DNA of 52,415 nt, counting the filler, from Dimargaris cristalligena (lineage: Eukaryota), in assembly GCA_003614675.1 (NCBI GenBank). It is 2 parts of 2 records of this genome, joined end to end, with 100 filler letters (N's around TTAATTAATTAA, not from the genome) between each part and the next. Parts side by side here need not be neighbours in the genome. Positions count along the whole stretch, not along the records: positions 1 to 26,269 come from ML002546.1; positions 26,370 to 52,415 come from ML002547.1. One strand, 5' to 3'. This document shows positions 24,087 to 36,470 of this stretch, one piece after another. The notes under the pieces were generated by a model. That model saw only the letters and a program-made list of their open reading frames with translations. It ran no database searches and was not told the origin of the DNA. How positions within the stretch are numbered: the first letter of the stretch is position 1; the number at the start of each line of letters is the position of its first letter. The translations under genes were made by a program, and so were the position numbers.

Positions 24087-26269
24087 ATGCCGATGGAGGA
24101 GAAAACGCCCACCCCGCCCGCTTCGCCCCCGGCTTCCCCATCCGCTGGCTCTACCGCAGGCGATGGCCCATGTCCCGACCCCGTTTCGCCGCCAAGGGAG
24201 GATGGCCCATGTCCCGACCCCGTTTCGTCGCCAAGGGAGGATGGCCCATGTCCCGAACCTGTTTCGCCGCCAAGGGGGGATGACCCGGCCCCTCCTCTCC
24301 CATCGGACACTATTTCGGACAGCAACAATAACGACGACAACAATAATAACAACAGCAGTAGTGGCGAGGGTAGTAGCAGTAGCGAGAGTAGTAGTAAAAG
24401 CAGCAGTAAAGCGACCTCCTCAGCCCCCAGTGACTCGGGCTGGTTCTCCCTATGGGACCACATTCAAGCCGAGCTGGACCTCAAAGAGTACGATAGTCTC
24501 ATGGACGTACAGCACGAGCGGGTCAGTAATTTTCTGCAAATTCCACGCCAGGTGGAAAAATTGATGATATTCGGGGTCTTTGTTGCCCTGGACGCCTTCC
24601 TCTACCTATTCACTATATTGCCCGCCCGGATTGCCCTCACTCTATGGACCATTGCCCGGCGCCCCTTTCTGCCTTCCGACCACATTCTCCGCCAACGCCG
24701 TGCCTGGCTATTCCCCAGTCAGCGGTGTGACCTCATGAAGGGATTCCTTATCCTGGTATGCTGCCTCATGCTACAGTCATTCGACTCGGCCCAGCTCTAC
24801 CATATGGTCCGGGGCCAGTCCACCATTAAGGTCTACGTCATTTTCAACATGCTCGAAGTCTTCGATCGGCTGTGCTCTGCATTCGGCCGGGACATTTTGG
24901 ATACTCTGTTATCCGAGATTTCGTTTTATCCCCAGGCATGGGAACAACAGCCCGATCAGCAGTGGCGACGGTTCGGTCAAATTGTGCAGCACACCGTTAT
25001 CGCCATAATCTATATGTTTATTCACGCCATGGTCCTCTTCTACTACCTGGTTACCCTCAATGTCACCATTAACTCCTACGACTATTCCCTGCTTACGCTC
25101 CTACTAAGTAACCAGTTCGCCGAAATCAAATCCAATGTTTTTAAGCGGTACGAAAAGGAAAACCTGTTCCAAATTTGCTGTTCCGATATCGTCGAGCGGT
25201 TCCAGATTGGTATTATGCTCACCATCATTACTCTGAAAAATTGGATTGAATTGTCATCAGGAACCATCCAGGCCGATACCGGCTTCTCCCAAATTGCGCT
25301 CCCCTTTTCCTTTTCGCCCGTACCCCTTCCTTGGTCCTGGGAGTGGCAAACCCTGGTGGTGGGCCTATGGACCTGGCTGCGGTACATGGTGTTCGACTGG
25401 TGGTTCGACTGCCTGGTCCTCCTGCTCGACTGCCTGCCTATCCCACTCGGTCCGTTTAGCACTGGGGTGCCGTCCAACCCCCACCGGGCCAGTCAAGCCA
25501 TCGCTCTATTCATGCGGAACCTATTTGATTTCCGACAAGCATGGGCCATTCTTACCCGAGTCTTAACCCCGGCCCTGCTGGTCTACTGCTCCGAAATGTT
25601 GGCCGATTGGACCAAACACGCCTTTATCACCAAATTCAACCAGGTGCGGCCCGAGGTCTACGGTCGCTACACCGATATTCTCTGCCGCGACTTAGTCGGT
25701 ATCGACCAGAATAACCCCAGCCCGACGCGGTCATCAGCAGCCGAACCTTCGTCTCGCCCCCCGGCTAATCAACACCGGATACGGATCGAGCGCTCCTTGG
25801 CTGTCGGTAACCGAATGGGCCTGGCCACCCTTCCCCTAGCCTGCATTGTAATCCACAACTCCATCCATATTCTCCGGATGGTGTTCCAGTCAGACCCTAG
25901 TAACAATAATGGTCTAGGGGACGAACTCGACCACGTAACCCCTCCACTGGACGGGGGGTTAGCGTCACCCCTCTTTTATGAATGGGTTGGTCTGGATTTG
26001 CACCACCACAGCTACCTATTCTCCCCCCTTTTAGCCGTCGTGGAATACGGGGGCTGGGTGCTCTTGGCCATGATGGCCTACGCCTGTTTGGTGTTTATTA
26101 AGCTACTCCTCGGCATTAACCTGGTTCAGTATGCCTGGAACCGGTACGAAGGCCTCCAGAATCGGCAGCGGGAAGAGGAGGAGAGGACCCGCACCTCCAT
26201 CTCCCGGGCCGAGGCTCGGCGGGAATGGTCCCAACTGCAAAAAGACGTGAGCCATTCCGACAAAAAATT
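24087..26269 (+). CDS. TAPT1: TAPT1/Emp65 (DUF747) ER membrane protein, 3' end truncated at the contig end
   Basis: ERVSNFLQIP..VEKLMIFG, YHMVRGQSTIKVYVIFNMLEVFDRLC, LLLSNQFAEIKSNVFK, SDIVERFQ, DWTKHAFITKFN. Confidence 0.92.
24162..24278 (+). repeat. Coding tandem repeat, 39 bp x3 (DGPCPDPVSPPRE)
   Basis: Near-identical units start at 24162, 24201 and 24240 (gatggcccatgtcccga...ccaaggg). Confidence 0.95.
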
Positions 26270-26369
26270 NNNNNNNNNNNNNNNNNNNNNNNNNNNNNNN
26301 NNNNNNNNNNNNNTTAATTAATTAANNNNNNNNNNNNNNNNNNNNNNNNNNNNNNNNNNNNNNNNNNNN
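26270..26369. other. Artificial contig-joining spacer
   Basis: 44 N + TTAATTAATTAA (stops in all six frames) + 44 N = exactly 100 nt. Confidence 0.95.
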
Positions 26370-28104
26370 ATAGATTCTATGATGGGACAAATTGAGGGGG
26401 GAAAAGTCCCAAGGAGCCATGGGAACAAGGCAAACCGACTGCTGTGGAAGAGGGTGTATGGCTTGCACGAATAATACGTACACACAAGGCTGCCCATATA
26501 TAAAAGGGAGTGAGGCAGTGAGGAAATCGTCGCATCACGTGATCAGTTATTGTATTTATCAGCGATTGGTTTCTATACTCCTTGGCCTTCTGGATATTTC
26601 AAAGGTGCTCCAAAATAGTAAGGGGACCGAAGAACCAATTCATCCTGCTGTTAATTCAGGCTGATTAAGAATAATGATGCTACCCAAAAAGTAGCACCCC
26701 ATTGCAGTCGAAATCTATATCTACTGGGATTATATAGTTATATGTGGACCTCTCACCTAAGGAGATGATATATGCAAGTAAAAACCGACATTGACCAATG
26801 CCCCCCATTGACTATTTTCCGAAATAACAAATCATGGATAAAGCGGCCATTAACTATATAGAATATATATATCCTCGTCAGGGCTGGCACCCTAACCATA
26901 TACCACCTACAGGCTCACAGACACCAGTGTTACGGACATTGAGTTGCAATAGTACCCTGCTATTTTCTCAGAACATAAGCTGGCAGATATCGGATATTCC
27001 ATCTAATCCACTTGCTTGATCACGATACCCACGACGTCTCTCGTTTAGCAAAATGCCGGTGAAGAATGTACCCATATACGGTCAACAATATTCAGGATAG
27101 TCTTATACAGCTTAGTTTAGATTTCCAACAGCCAGGGTATTGAACAACGAATAGTAATACAATTCATCCCAAGTCTCAGTGTCACCACTACAGTGTATAC
27201 CATGTGAATATAAATTAATGGGTTTTGTTTGACAGCTGTGGTTTCTGGAAATGCCTAAGATTTGGGCGCAAGGGGATAAACAATTCATGTATGTATCTTT
27301 TCAATAATAGCAGTACGCTGTCTATCATACCCGGCACGCGTTCTTAGACATAGAGGAGCCGCATACCAGCACTACCATATCGTACATGATAATTATCTCG
27401 TCGGGATAGCGTACTTAATCAACCCGAATCAGGATCCGTGGAAGGTATTCGTATGTTATCTACATTCGGTGCCCTGTATCAAATATAAAGCTTCATATGC
27501 GCAATAACCACGCCACTAAATTAGTTGAACTTCACTCTCCGTTGTAGATGCCATTAAAGCAATAGGAATTTCTAAAAATATTACCTTAACTATATACCGC
27601 ATAGTTGGATATTAATGCATGGTCGACATTCGAATTAGACAACTTTAATACCCGGCGTTCATTGTATAATGTAGATGCTAACTTCAATATATGTGTAATT
27701 CTGCTTAGCTGTACGAGGGTTTAATTGATGCGTGTATGGTAAAATAGACGGGTGATGAACTTTCAACCAAAAATTCTTGCCCCATCCAGATGATTTTTTT
27801 ATTTATATAGCCTAGTTGAGCCTCTTCTAAATACAAATAATGAATAGATTCGGATCGGAAGGTAAGATCTTATTGAGGTAGATGTTTTAACTATGCTTCG
27901 TATCTGATTTTCCGTTGTTTTATTTGATTACAGTGAGCCCTCACGCCAAATATTATGACTAGGATCGACGAGTTAGTTAAGACACGGAGATGAATAAGAC
28001 AGGTATACTGAGCCATCTGGAAACCTAATAAAAAATGCTTCAATTGAATTTGTAGGTATATTAGAGGCATCAAGTCTGAAAACAATAATGCCCAAGAGAA
28101 CGTC

Positions 28105-29800
28105 AACTATATAACCAAAGGTGGCTTTATTAGAAATCGTAAATCAGAAATTGCAATGTGGTATCAAAGGGTACGGGAAATTCGGTAGTATAAATGCCTG
28201 TAAAATTGCCATCCGAATTATTCACTGGATTCGGTTTTGTCACAGCATTCCCAGAAACAAGGATTAAAGGTAGTGCAAAAGCATGAGAAACAGTCGCTGA
28301 TACCCTTCCCAATCTCATTAAGAGCAGCGGACATACAAAAGCATGGGCAGCAAAGTAGGTTTTGGACAGGATTATCTGATGGACAGCATGCAGCACAGTC
28401 ATCGGATGCACCAGCATCATCATCGTCATCATCGCGTCGGAAAAGTTTGGGGGCCTGGTTCTCGGTTGACGGGGCGATAATGGTTTTATCCACTTGGGGA
28501 GTCAGGGTTTCTCGCAGATATTCGGCAAACCCAGCCAAGTTGGGAGTAGTCTCTCCGGAATTGGCCTGTGCGCCAGTCAGGGAGAGGTGGTCCCGCACAA
28601 ACGACTTCATGGCAGCCTTGAGGGTTTCGCAGTCAGTATTGGCCGTTTTGACGATTTCCAGGATTTCTTGAACTTCGGGCATACGGTTCTCGCAGGACAC
28701 CTTGGGGCAGGCGCTGGCGACCGGGAAGAGCGGCTGAATACCAGGAGCGGCGCCTAAACTAGCGGAAAATACCGCGGGTACAGCCAGGGCCAAGAGGCCA
28801 ACAGCGAACAACTGCATGGCAGGCAAAGTGATATTATTGGTAACGGGGTTAGACGTGGGGTCAAAAAAGAACCGGTGAGAGGGGAAGAGAAAAGTGAATT
28901 GAAGCAACTCAATAATCGCGTGAGTAGTGGAGAAAGGATTCGTATTTTGCAAATGATATTTTCCGGTAGCAGGTATAGAGGCCATTTATATATCTCTGTG
29001 AGGAACCAAATGGGGAGTGTAGTTTCAATAACCACTCGCCTGGTCCTATCTCCCTACTTTTCAATCTATTGAAGCATTGCAATCAATACCGGGGACTAGT
29101 TGATGGCTTCGATGGTAGAGTAATACCCAGAAAATAGTGTAACAGCTCGTCAAAAAAGAGCTTGGAAGTCCATTCTCCCTAATAAACCAAGCCAACACAA
29201 TCGGTATCTTTCCCCCTTTCCCGATGGCACCACTGCTCTAGCTGGGGTTTCAAAAAAAATCATAACATGACCATAGTAATTTGGTAATTACCTACCGCGC
29301 CTTGTCCGTCGACTGTCCAAGAGGTTCCCCAACCAGCCAGTCCATAAAGTAAACAGCCTCCAGGGAAATGTATAAAGACTGTTCTCAGCTGTTGGACCAT
29401 CCCGTTTTGTTATCACAATTCTGCCCGAAATGATGCACAAGTCCAACCGAGAGGGTGAATTGGGGAAAACGGCCAGGCTCCTTCAATTATTTGAGCACGC
29501 GCCTAGTTCGCCGCTTTAGGCCTTTCTTTATATTTCTCAAATGGTGGAACTACTTGCCGATACTAGCCAGCCATAGAGTGTGTTGGCCAACCCCTGTCTG
29601 GACTCCTTTTCATATCACAGTGCCTTCCAGTTAGTAGTAACACAATTTTCGGACCGCATGGCTTTTGTTAGAGCCAGCATGTGTCCATGTTGGACAAAAA
29701 TCAAATATGCAGACGAGCATATTGTATTCGGCCTGGGTCTTATTATGATGAGTTTCCCTCCATTTGCCGCGAGAACTATTTATCTCTAGTCCACATCAGC
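28105..29800. repeat. Tandem segmental duplication unit A (paralogous to ~33085-34785), covering the gene and ~1 kb of upstream sequence
   Basis: Long colinear identity, e.g. ccatagtaatttggtaattacctaccgcgc vs ccatagtaattcggtaattacttaccgcgc; weaker similarity resumes at ~31115-31440 vs ~34787-35080. Confidence 0.9.
28218..28817 (-). CDS. Secreted prepro-protein with a Cys-rich C-terminal peptide (copy A)
   Basis: Signal peptide MQLFAVGLLALAVPAVFSA; pro-region ends KLFRR; acidic tail with 13 Cys; TATA box at 28985-28992. Confidence 0.85.
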   Translation of the reverse strand: MQLFAVGLLALAVPAVFSASLGAAPGIQPLFPVASACPKVSCENRMPEVQEILEIVKTANTDCETLKAAMKSFVRDHLSLTGAQANSGETTPNLAGFAEYLRETLTPQVDKTIIAPSTENQAPKLFRRDDDDDDAGASDDCAACCPSDNPVQNLLCCPCFCMSAALNEIGKGISDCFSCFCTTFNPCFWECCDKTESSE

Positions 29801-31114
29801 AGCTTTTCCCGCCCAGTTTTTTTTGGGGGGGGGTATGGACAATTTTAGACACCCCGACCACTACCATTACCACTTTGTTATCGCATATATAGAATGGTAG
29901 GAATATTAAAACCTCAGCCAGTTTGGTCTTCTATATTCTATTCCGTTTTTTTAAAAAAAAATCCATTAAAATCAGATACTATTGCTGGGATAAACAATGT
30001 AATATATTGTCATTATGAAACCGCGAGGGGAAGTTACTCCACTGAAATGGAACCCTGTTAAGTTATAGAGGCCGTTGATGCCAATGGATCCTCGCAAGTA
30101 TCCATGTGAACCTTTCCAAACCAGACCTATTCAGTTTTCCGTCCAGCATATGTATACCCTTGGATTTGGGACGTAAATGATGTATGCTGAGGTATGTTTA
30201 ATAGCAGTTATATTAATATCCACCATATTCGGATACCTTTAAGTCTCTTTCAGTAATAGCCATTCACCATTAAATGTAAAGATTTTGGCAGTTTGGTAGT
30301 CAAATAAACCTGGCTTCTTAGGTTCTAGACAATAATTAATTCAGTAGCACCAGGACCTAGGATGGTTTAGCATATTTCCATTAGATGGAGTTGGGCTGGG
30401 CCTGGACTTGGTGATTGACTCAATCCAACTATCCACAGTAGATTAAAACGGGAAAGATAGGAGGGATGACAATATCATTGTTTTTAGCAAAGATACAGTG
30501 CTGTTGCCTGGGTTTACCACTCTTAGTCCATTAAGAGTCCCAAGGATAGGCTTCTGATGGTAGGCGGGGCATAGACTTAGCCAAGTGGGCTACTAGTATC
30601 AGGTATGGGGCACAGTACTAACCAATAAAGGCCTTAGGCAATCAGTTATGCAAGGGACATGCAGTGGACACACTTATGGGTTAGTATAAGGGGGTAAGCA
30701 TATATAGAGATAATTAAGGTAAACTAGGGGGTAGGAATAAGCTAAGGAATCTAACTGGTATGGCAAAGTGAAGTGTCCCCTTAATTACTACAGGTATAAA
30801 TTATTATTATTTGACTATTATATTTATATACAAGGTATGAAGTGGCTTTTTAGTCTGGTATAACCAGTTTTTTCCCTTCCCTTTTAACCCATTCCTTCCA
30901 TATAAATTTTTCCTTTAGTCTTATTTATATTTCTATTGGTAGATGCATGCTATCCCTATGATTGGATATGGGTAAAATTCAAACTAGCTGTATAAGGTTT
31001 TACATAATATATGTATGGGTAAATATATGTGAGAATAACTTTTAGCCAGTAGTATTGGCCTCATCTAATGGATTTTTCATTATACAGCCTAAATGAACTT
31101 CTCCCATATGTATA
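29800..31114. mobile_element. ~1.3-kb insertion in duplicate A that is absent from duplicate B; largely CpG-depleted, probable TE relic
   Basis: The A/B alignment breaks after tctagtccacat (~29797) and resumes at tgtagtgccgtgag (~31115). About 2 CpG in 30235-31120; ends in the repeat shared with 1841-1984. Confidence 0.65.
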
Positions 31115-31744
31115 TGTAGTGCCGTGAGAAGGTTGGCCAAAAGCCTTTACCATCCGGCTATCAATTTATCCGCCGATTCTTATGTTGATTTAACGATTAT
31201 CAACAAATTACAATGCTTATGACGGCTTTCTCTTATCTGATTCTAACGATTGCAACTGATATGACAAATTTCATGAGAAATAGACCATGCCTTTTGGGAA
31301 GTTAATCCCTGTTTTGTTATTTGTATTATCATGTTAACGGCCATACTTTATGATGAAATTATGATGAAATTCAACCCATTAATGTTATTTGAAATTATTT
31401 ATAATGATCGATTTGCAACCTCTGTTCGGAGAGCCCTCTTCCTGCAACAGGAAAACAATACTTTGTTCATAATTCCTATTCTCTTCACGATTACAATAAA
31501 TAAATAAATAAAAATAATAACCTATTATCAATTTTCTTTACTCGAAATACTTAACACTTGTAAACCTCTCCCTTCAATGTCACGCCTCCCAACTCGTTCC
31601 TCTGGACCTAGCGTCCCACCTTCGTCTGGCCCGGGCACACCACCGTCCACGCCCCAGCGTTCTGCACTTGAACAGGGGACGGCCATCTGTAATCCGAATC
31701 CTAGCGGTGGATTTGAAGACCCCGATGCCAACACACATACACAT

Positions 31745-33085
31745 GCTTGATTACTAGTGGTTAGTTGGTTTTATTCCTATCCTTTCTTTAATTAGTTTAC
31801 TATGTGAATTCTCACTTTCCCTATAATTGGTTATGCAGGTTCACTATAGTCTTATTAGTTTTAACTAATCTCTATCCTATACAGAGAATGGCTTGGCACT
31901 CTTTGCTGTAGAGTAAAAAGTCTTAGCATTTTTTGAGGATAATATGTACTATTAATGCAGGTAATCAGGCCATGCATGCAGTCAATCAATATACTCATGC
32001 AAATGATCAGTATATGCATTAGTGTCCATTTTCATATATAAGGGAAACTTATTTCCCTCTTTTTTTTTCTTTGTGTCAAATTTTGGAGGTCAATTTCTTT
32101 GTATCAATTTTTATGTATCTTTTCTTTTATAATAAAAACTATCTTTATTACTACTCTGGTTATTGGGATTTTATACTTCAAGTTATGGTTACCAAGGACT
32201 GACCTCTTGAGCTTCCAAATAAGTATTTATTATATTGGATTATTTTAGTTAAAACCTTTATACAGTTAGTTTTATTTATATATATTTTTTATTTAAGTGA
32301 CAAACTAGTTCACCTGGAGAAGCCACCCTGCCCTTTTGATAGTATTTTATTGTTCATTTTAGTAGCTTGATACTACCACACTGTGACACCAGTCCCAAGG
32401 GGGCCCAATTATATATATGTGGGGACAGTTCCAGAGGGAGGTCCCAAGGGGAGATGCTACTAGACTACAGTATAGATAAATAGACCAACTGGATGGGCCT
32501 TGTATCTGGAAGACTCTCATGGGAACCAGAAGGGTCTTTGGATCAGCAGGTTGAGTGCTTTGTGTGAAGTATTGGGGCCAGAAGGAGAATGATTATATAA
32601 TTAATGATGATCCCATAGTACCAGGGGTGACCATGGGAGGGTTAATATGGTGCTATAAGGCCTAATAAGGGCAGACAATTGTTATGTCTAGATTAAGCCA
32701 GATTAGAAGGGCTGACAAGTACAGTAATGAGTAGAATGAAATAAAATAATAATAATGTATTCAGGGAATTACAGCAACTACTGTTTTTGTTCATTTATAA
32801 AAGAAGGAATTGATAAGGTTGGTTACAATAAAAGATATCTATTCAAAATAAGTTTATATATTTATTGGAAATACTAAGAACTTATCAATAAAACTGGTTG
32901 AAAGAGATGATAGCAGTTAGTTAATAGTAGGTACCTACAGGTGATTAGTTATACTTAATAGTGTAGCCAGAAGGGGTCATTTTAAGAGTGTAAAATGAGT
33001 AGTTACAGGATGGCTAAATAAACTAGCATAATTGTTCAGAAATTGGCTATAATAATAGACCCATTAGGACATATTTTCCAACAAA
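31745..33085. mobile_element. CpG-free AT-rich TE relic between the duplicated genes; possible chromodomain remnant at ~32450-32570 (+)
   Basis: No CpG seen from ~31725 to 33220; NWMGLVSGRLSWEPEGSL resembles the chromodomain W-x-G...WEP motif. Confidence 0.5.
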
Positions 33086-33197
33086 TTATAGGTCCAAAGG
33101 TTGCTTTATTGGAAAATGTGAATAAAAAAATTGGAATATGATACCATAGAATAAGGTAAATTCAATAGTATAAATGTTTGAAAAATTGATAGCCATT

Positions 33198-33803
33198 TTA
33201 TTCACTGGGTTCAATGGATTCGGTGCTGTCAGGCTCTTCACATATGCAACAATTAAAATTATTGCAGAAAGATGATAAACATTCCCCTAAACCATTCAAA
33301 CACTGATAAATCATATAGGACATACAGAGGCATGGGAAGCAAAGGCAGTTTTCGACAGGATCGCCTAATGTGCAGCACGGTGCACATTCCTCAGGTACAC
33401 TAGCACTATCATTATCATCACGTCGGAAAAGTTTGGAGGCCCGATTCTCAGTTGACGGGGCGATAATGGTGGTATCCACTTGGGGAATCAAGGTTCCACG
33501 CAGATAGTCGGCAAAACCGGCCAAGTTGGGAGTAGTCTCTCCAACATTGGCGTGTGCGCCAGTCAGGGAGAGGTGGTCCCGCACAAACAACTTCATGGAA
33601 GCCTTGAAGGTTTCGCAGTCAGTATTGGCCGTTTTGACGATTTCCAGGATTTCTTGAACTTCGGGCATACGGTTCTCGCAGGACACCTTGGGGCAGGCGC
33701 TGGCGACCGGGAAGAGCGGCTGAATACCAGGAGCGGCACCCACACTAGCGGAAAGTACCATGGGTACCGCCAGGGCCAGGATGCCAACGGTGAACAGCTT
33801 CAT
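33198..33803 (-). CDS. Secreted prepro-protein with a Cys-rich C-terminal peptide (copy B)
   Basis: Signal peptide MKLFTVGILALAVPMVLSA; pro-region nearly identical to copy A, ending KLFRR; divergent tail with 13 Cys; TATA box at 33971-33978. Confidence 0.85.
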   Translation of the reverse strand: MKLFTVGILALAVPMVLSASVGAAPGIQPLFPVASACPKVSCENRMPEVQEILEIVKTANTDCETFKASMKLFVRDHLSLTGAHANVGETTPNLAGFADYLRGTLIPQVDTTIIAPSTENRASKLFRRDDNDSASVPEECAPCCTLGDPVENCLCFPCLCMSYMIYQCLNGLGECLSSFCNNFNCCICEEPDSTESIEPSE

Positions 33804-36049
33804 GGCAGGCAAAGTGATATTATTGGTAACGGGGTTAGACGTGGGGTCAAAAAAGAACCGGTGAGGGTGGAAGACGGAAGTGAGTTGAAGCAACTCAGTA
33901 ATCGGGTAAGTGGTGAAGAACGTATTGTAATTGTGCGAATGACATTCTCTGGTAGCGGGCATAGAGGTCATTTATATACATCTATAGGAAACTAAATGGG
34001 GGTGTAGTTTCAATAACCACCCACTTCACCTCATCTCCCTACTTTTCCGTCTATTGAAGCAGTGTATTTCATAACAGTGGTTAGCTGATGACCCCGATTG
34101 GAGTATTATCCCCCAAAAAATGTGTAACAACCCTCCTAAAAAGGGCTCGGAAGTTGATTCATATGAATTGCCGAACCAGCACATTTGATCCCTTCACTCC
34201 ATTATCGATGGATCCACTGTACTAGCTGGGCTATCCGATCGGAACTAGATACTTACATAGCCATAGTAATTCGGTAATTACTTACCGCGCTTTGTCCGTC
34301 GACTGCCCAAGAGTTTCCCCAACCGATCAATCCATAGCGGAAATAGTTTATAGGAAGTGGATAATTACTGGCCTCAGTTGTTGGATCATCCCATGATGGC
34401 ATCACAAGTTCACCTTAAGCGATACACATGTCCGACTGAGGGGGTGAATTGGGGGATACGGCTAGGTTTCTTCGATTATCAGAACATGCGGCTAGCTCAC
34501 CGCATTAAGCCTTTCTTAACATTTTTTAAAAGGCGGGAGTACTTGCCGGTACTAGCCAGCCAGAGAGGGTGTTGGTCAACTCCTGTCCGAACTCCTTTTC
34601 ATACCACAATGTCTTCCAACAAGTAGTAACACAATTTCTTGACCATATGGGATTTGTTAGGGCCAGCATGTGCCTTCGTAGGACAAAAAAATTAATACGG
34701 ATGAGAATATTGTATCCGGTATGGACTTTATTATGAAAAACTTCCCCCAGTTTGTTGCGAGAACGATATCTCTAGTTCACATTAGTGTATTGCCATGAGG
34801 CGGGCACCAATTGGCTTCGAATATCCGGCTATCAGTTCTGCTGATAGTCATGATGACAATCGATGGATATCGATTAATTGGATGTTGACTAATTTTTTTC
34901 AAGGAAATGTCGATTCTGGTGGATATTTACAAGCCATTGGTTAGTCTCTGCCCCGATTTTTGTTTTCAATACCGCTCCAATCATCATATACTACTAATTT
35001 TATAATGTCTTTTTGAATTGTAGAATGTAATTCAATTATTTACAAAAATTATTTTGGAATTTCTATTTGAGAGCCCTCTTAGAGACAGATAGTGACGATC
35101 TGCGTATATCTGTTCTTTCATTTTTTGATTCATCATCCTACTTCAATGATTGTTAATCCAACTAAATATTTTACAAATCGGCACATTCCTATTGTTTACG
35201 AATTATTTCTATAGTTCGATTGCTATCCTGTCTCACCTACCCCATATTTCTTCTTTTCCAGCCAACGTCGTTCTCTCTGCTGGCCAGGCTACGCCCTCGT
35301 CGATGCCAGTTTGCCCTGTACCAGAGCCCGCGAATCCCAATCCCATCCCCCAACTTGGCGCCATAGGAAATGATCCAGGCGGCCACACGTAGGCTGCCCC
35401 TACCGCCAAGTTTTATTAAGTTTGTGGGTGTGGGTACATACACGTTTGGCCATCCCAACCACTGGTGGCACTACTTTTTAATTGTATTGTTCATGGTGGC
35501 GGAGAGGTTCAAACCTCGGCCAGTTTGGTCATCTACAACTAGTCCAAAAAATAGTTGTGTTGCAGTTAAAGAGGCATTTTCGCTGAGTCAGTCGATATAA
35601 TATATCACCGCACCTGGTACAGCAGTAGGAAGGTAGTGCCCCAAAGCAAGGCCCTGTTAAGCTGTAGGATCCGCTGATTCAGTTTACCACGCAGTAGATT
35701 TAACACCACAGATTTTGGGCACTAATGGAGGTGCACTAAGCAAGATTCAATAGTGGTTTAATAATTGTCCACCACATCCGAATCCTACGAAGGCCTCTCC
35801 CAGCAATGCGATTTTACTATTCTATGAGAAGATATCAGTGTTAGTGAAGGAAAAAATAGTCAGAATTGCCTAGGTTCAAGATTACTGTCGATTGCACTAA
35901 ATAAATTGAGCCAAACTCATTTTTATAAATACATGAGTAGGTCAAGGCATTTTTTTATTGGTATTCTTTGTTCTGTCTGTTGGTTGTCCGCTTAACTTTC
36001 GGCCGATGCCCCATCCTCCTCAATCCTTCAGGTCCGCCATTAATCCTCC

Positions 36050-36470
36050 CGAAACCCAGGGCCTTGGTAACACAGATTGTATGACATACAACAAGTTTGG
36101 ACTCCTCCCCATGTCGAAAACTGCATTATAGGGTCGCTGAGAAGTACCATGCTGGGCCAGAGTCTCTTAGCATGCTTGATGCATAATAACCCCCTGTTGT
36201 TCCAAACTGTGCATTTAGATAGAGAAGGGTGTCGTCTAGTATGGCGTATGCCTATACCTTACACCATTGGGATTCCTTTGGCTATAAAAAGGCATTGGCA
36301 GCGGATATATAGAAACTTGGGTGGCATGTGTGATCATGATAAATGTATGATTAACCTGGCTATCAACTAAGACCCTCAATGCTAAAGCCCTCCTGCCTCG
36401 AGAAATAAGTTTCGAGGTCGACTGCCTTACTAGACCCCATACCCTGGTCCTATCCAGGGCCTTTTCCACC
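36050..36470 (-). pseudogene. Possible Ty3/gypsy-type aspartic protease relic
   Basis: LRVLVDSQVNHTFI resembles ALVDSGAxxxFI; followed by LPMP...NG and a later PW; multiple stops. Confidence 0.35.

Noticed and set aside
24162..24278. CRISPR-like repeat
   Set aside because: No spacers, it is an in-frame coding repeat, and the context is eukaryotic.
28818..28985. N-terminal extensions of the Cys-rich ORFs (also 33804-33971 and 45370-45459)
   Set aside because: The first two upstream starts overlap the TATA box, and in all three the downstream ATG begins a clean signal peptide.
31577..31750. Short Pro-rich ORF with a weak counterpart at ~35150-35392
   Set aside because: No convincing protein conservation between the duplicates and no clear gene structure.
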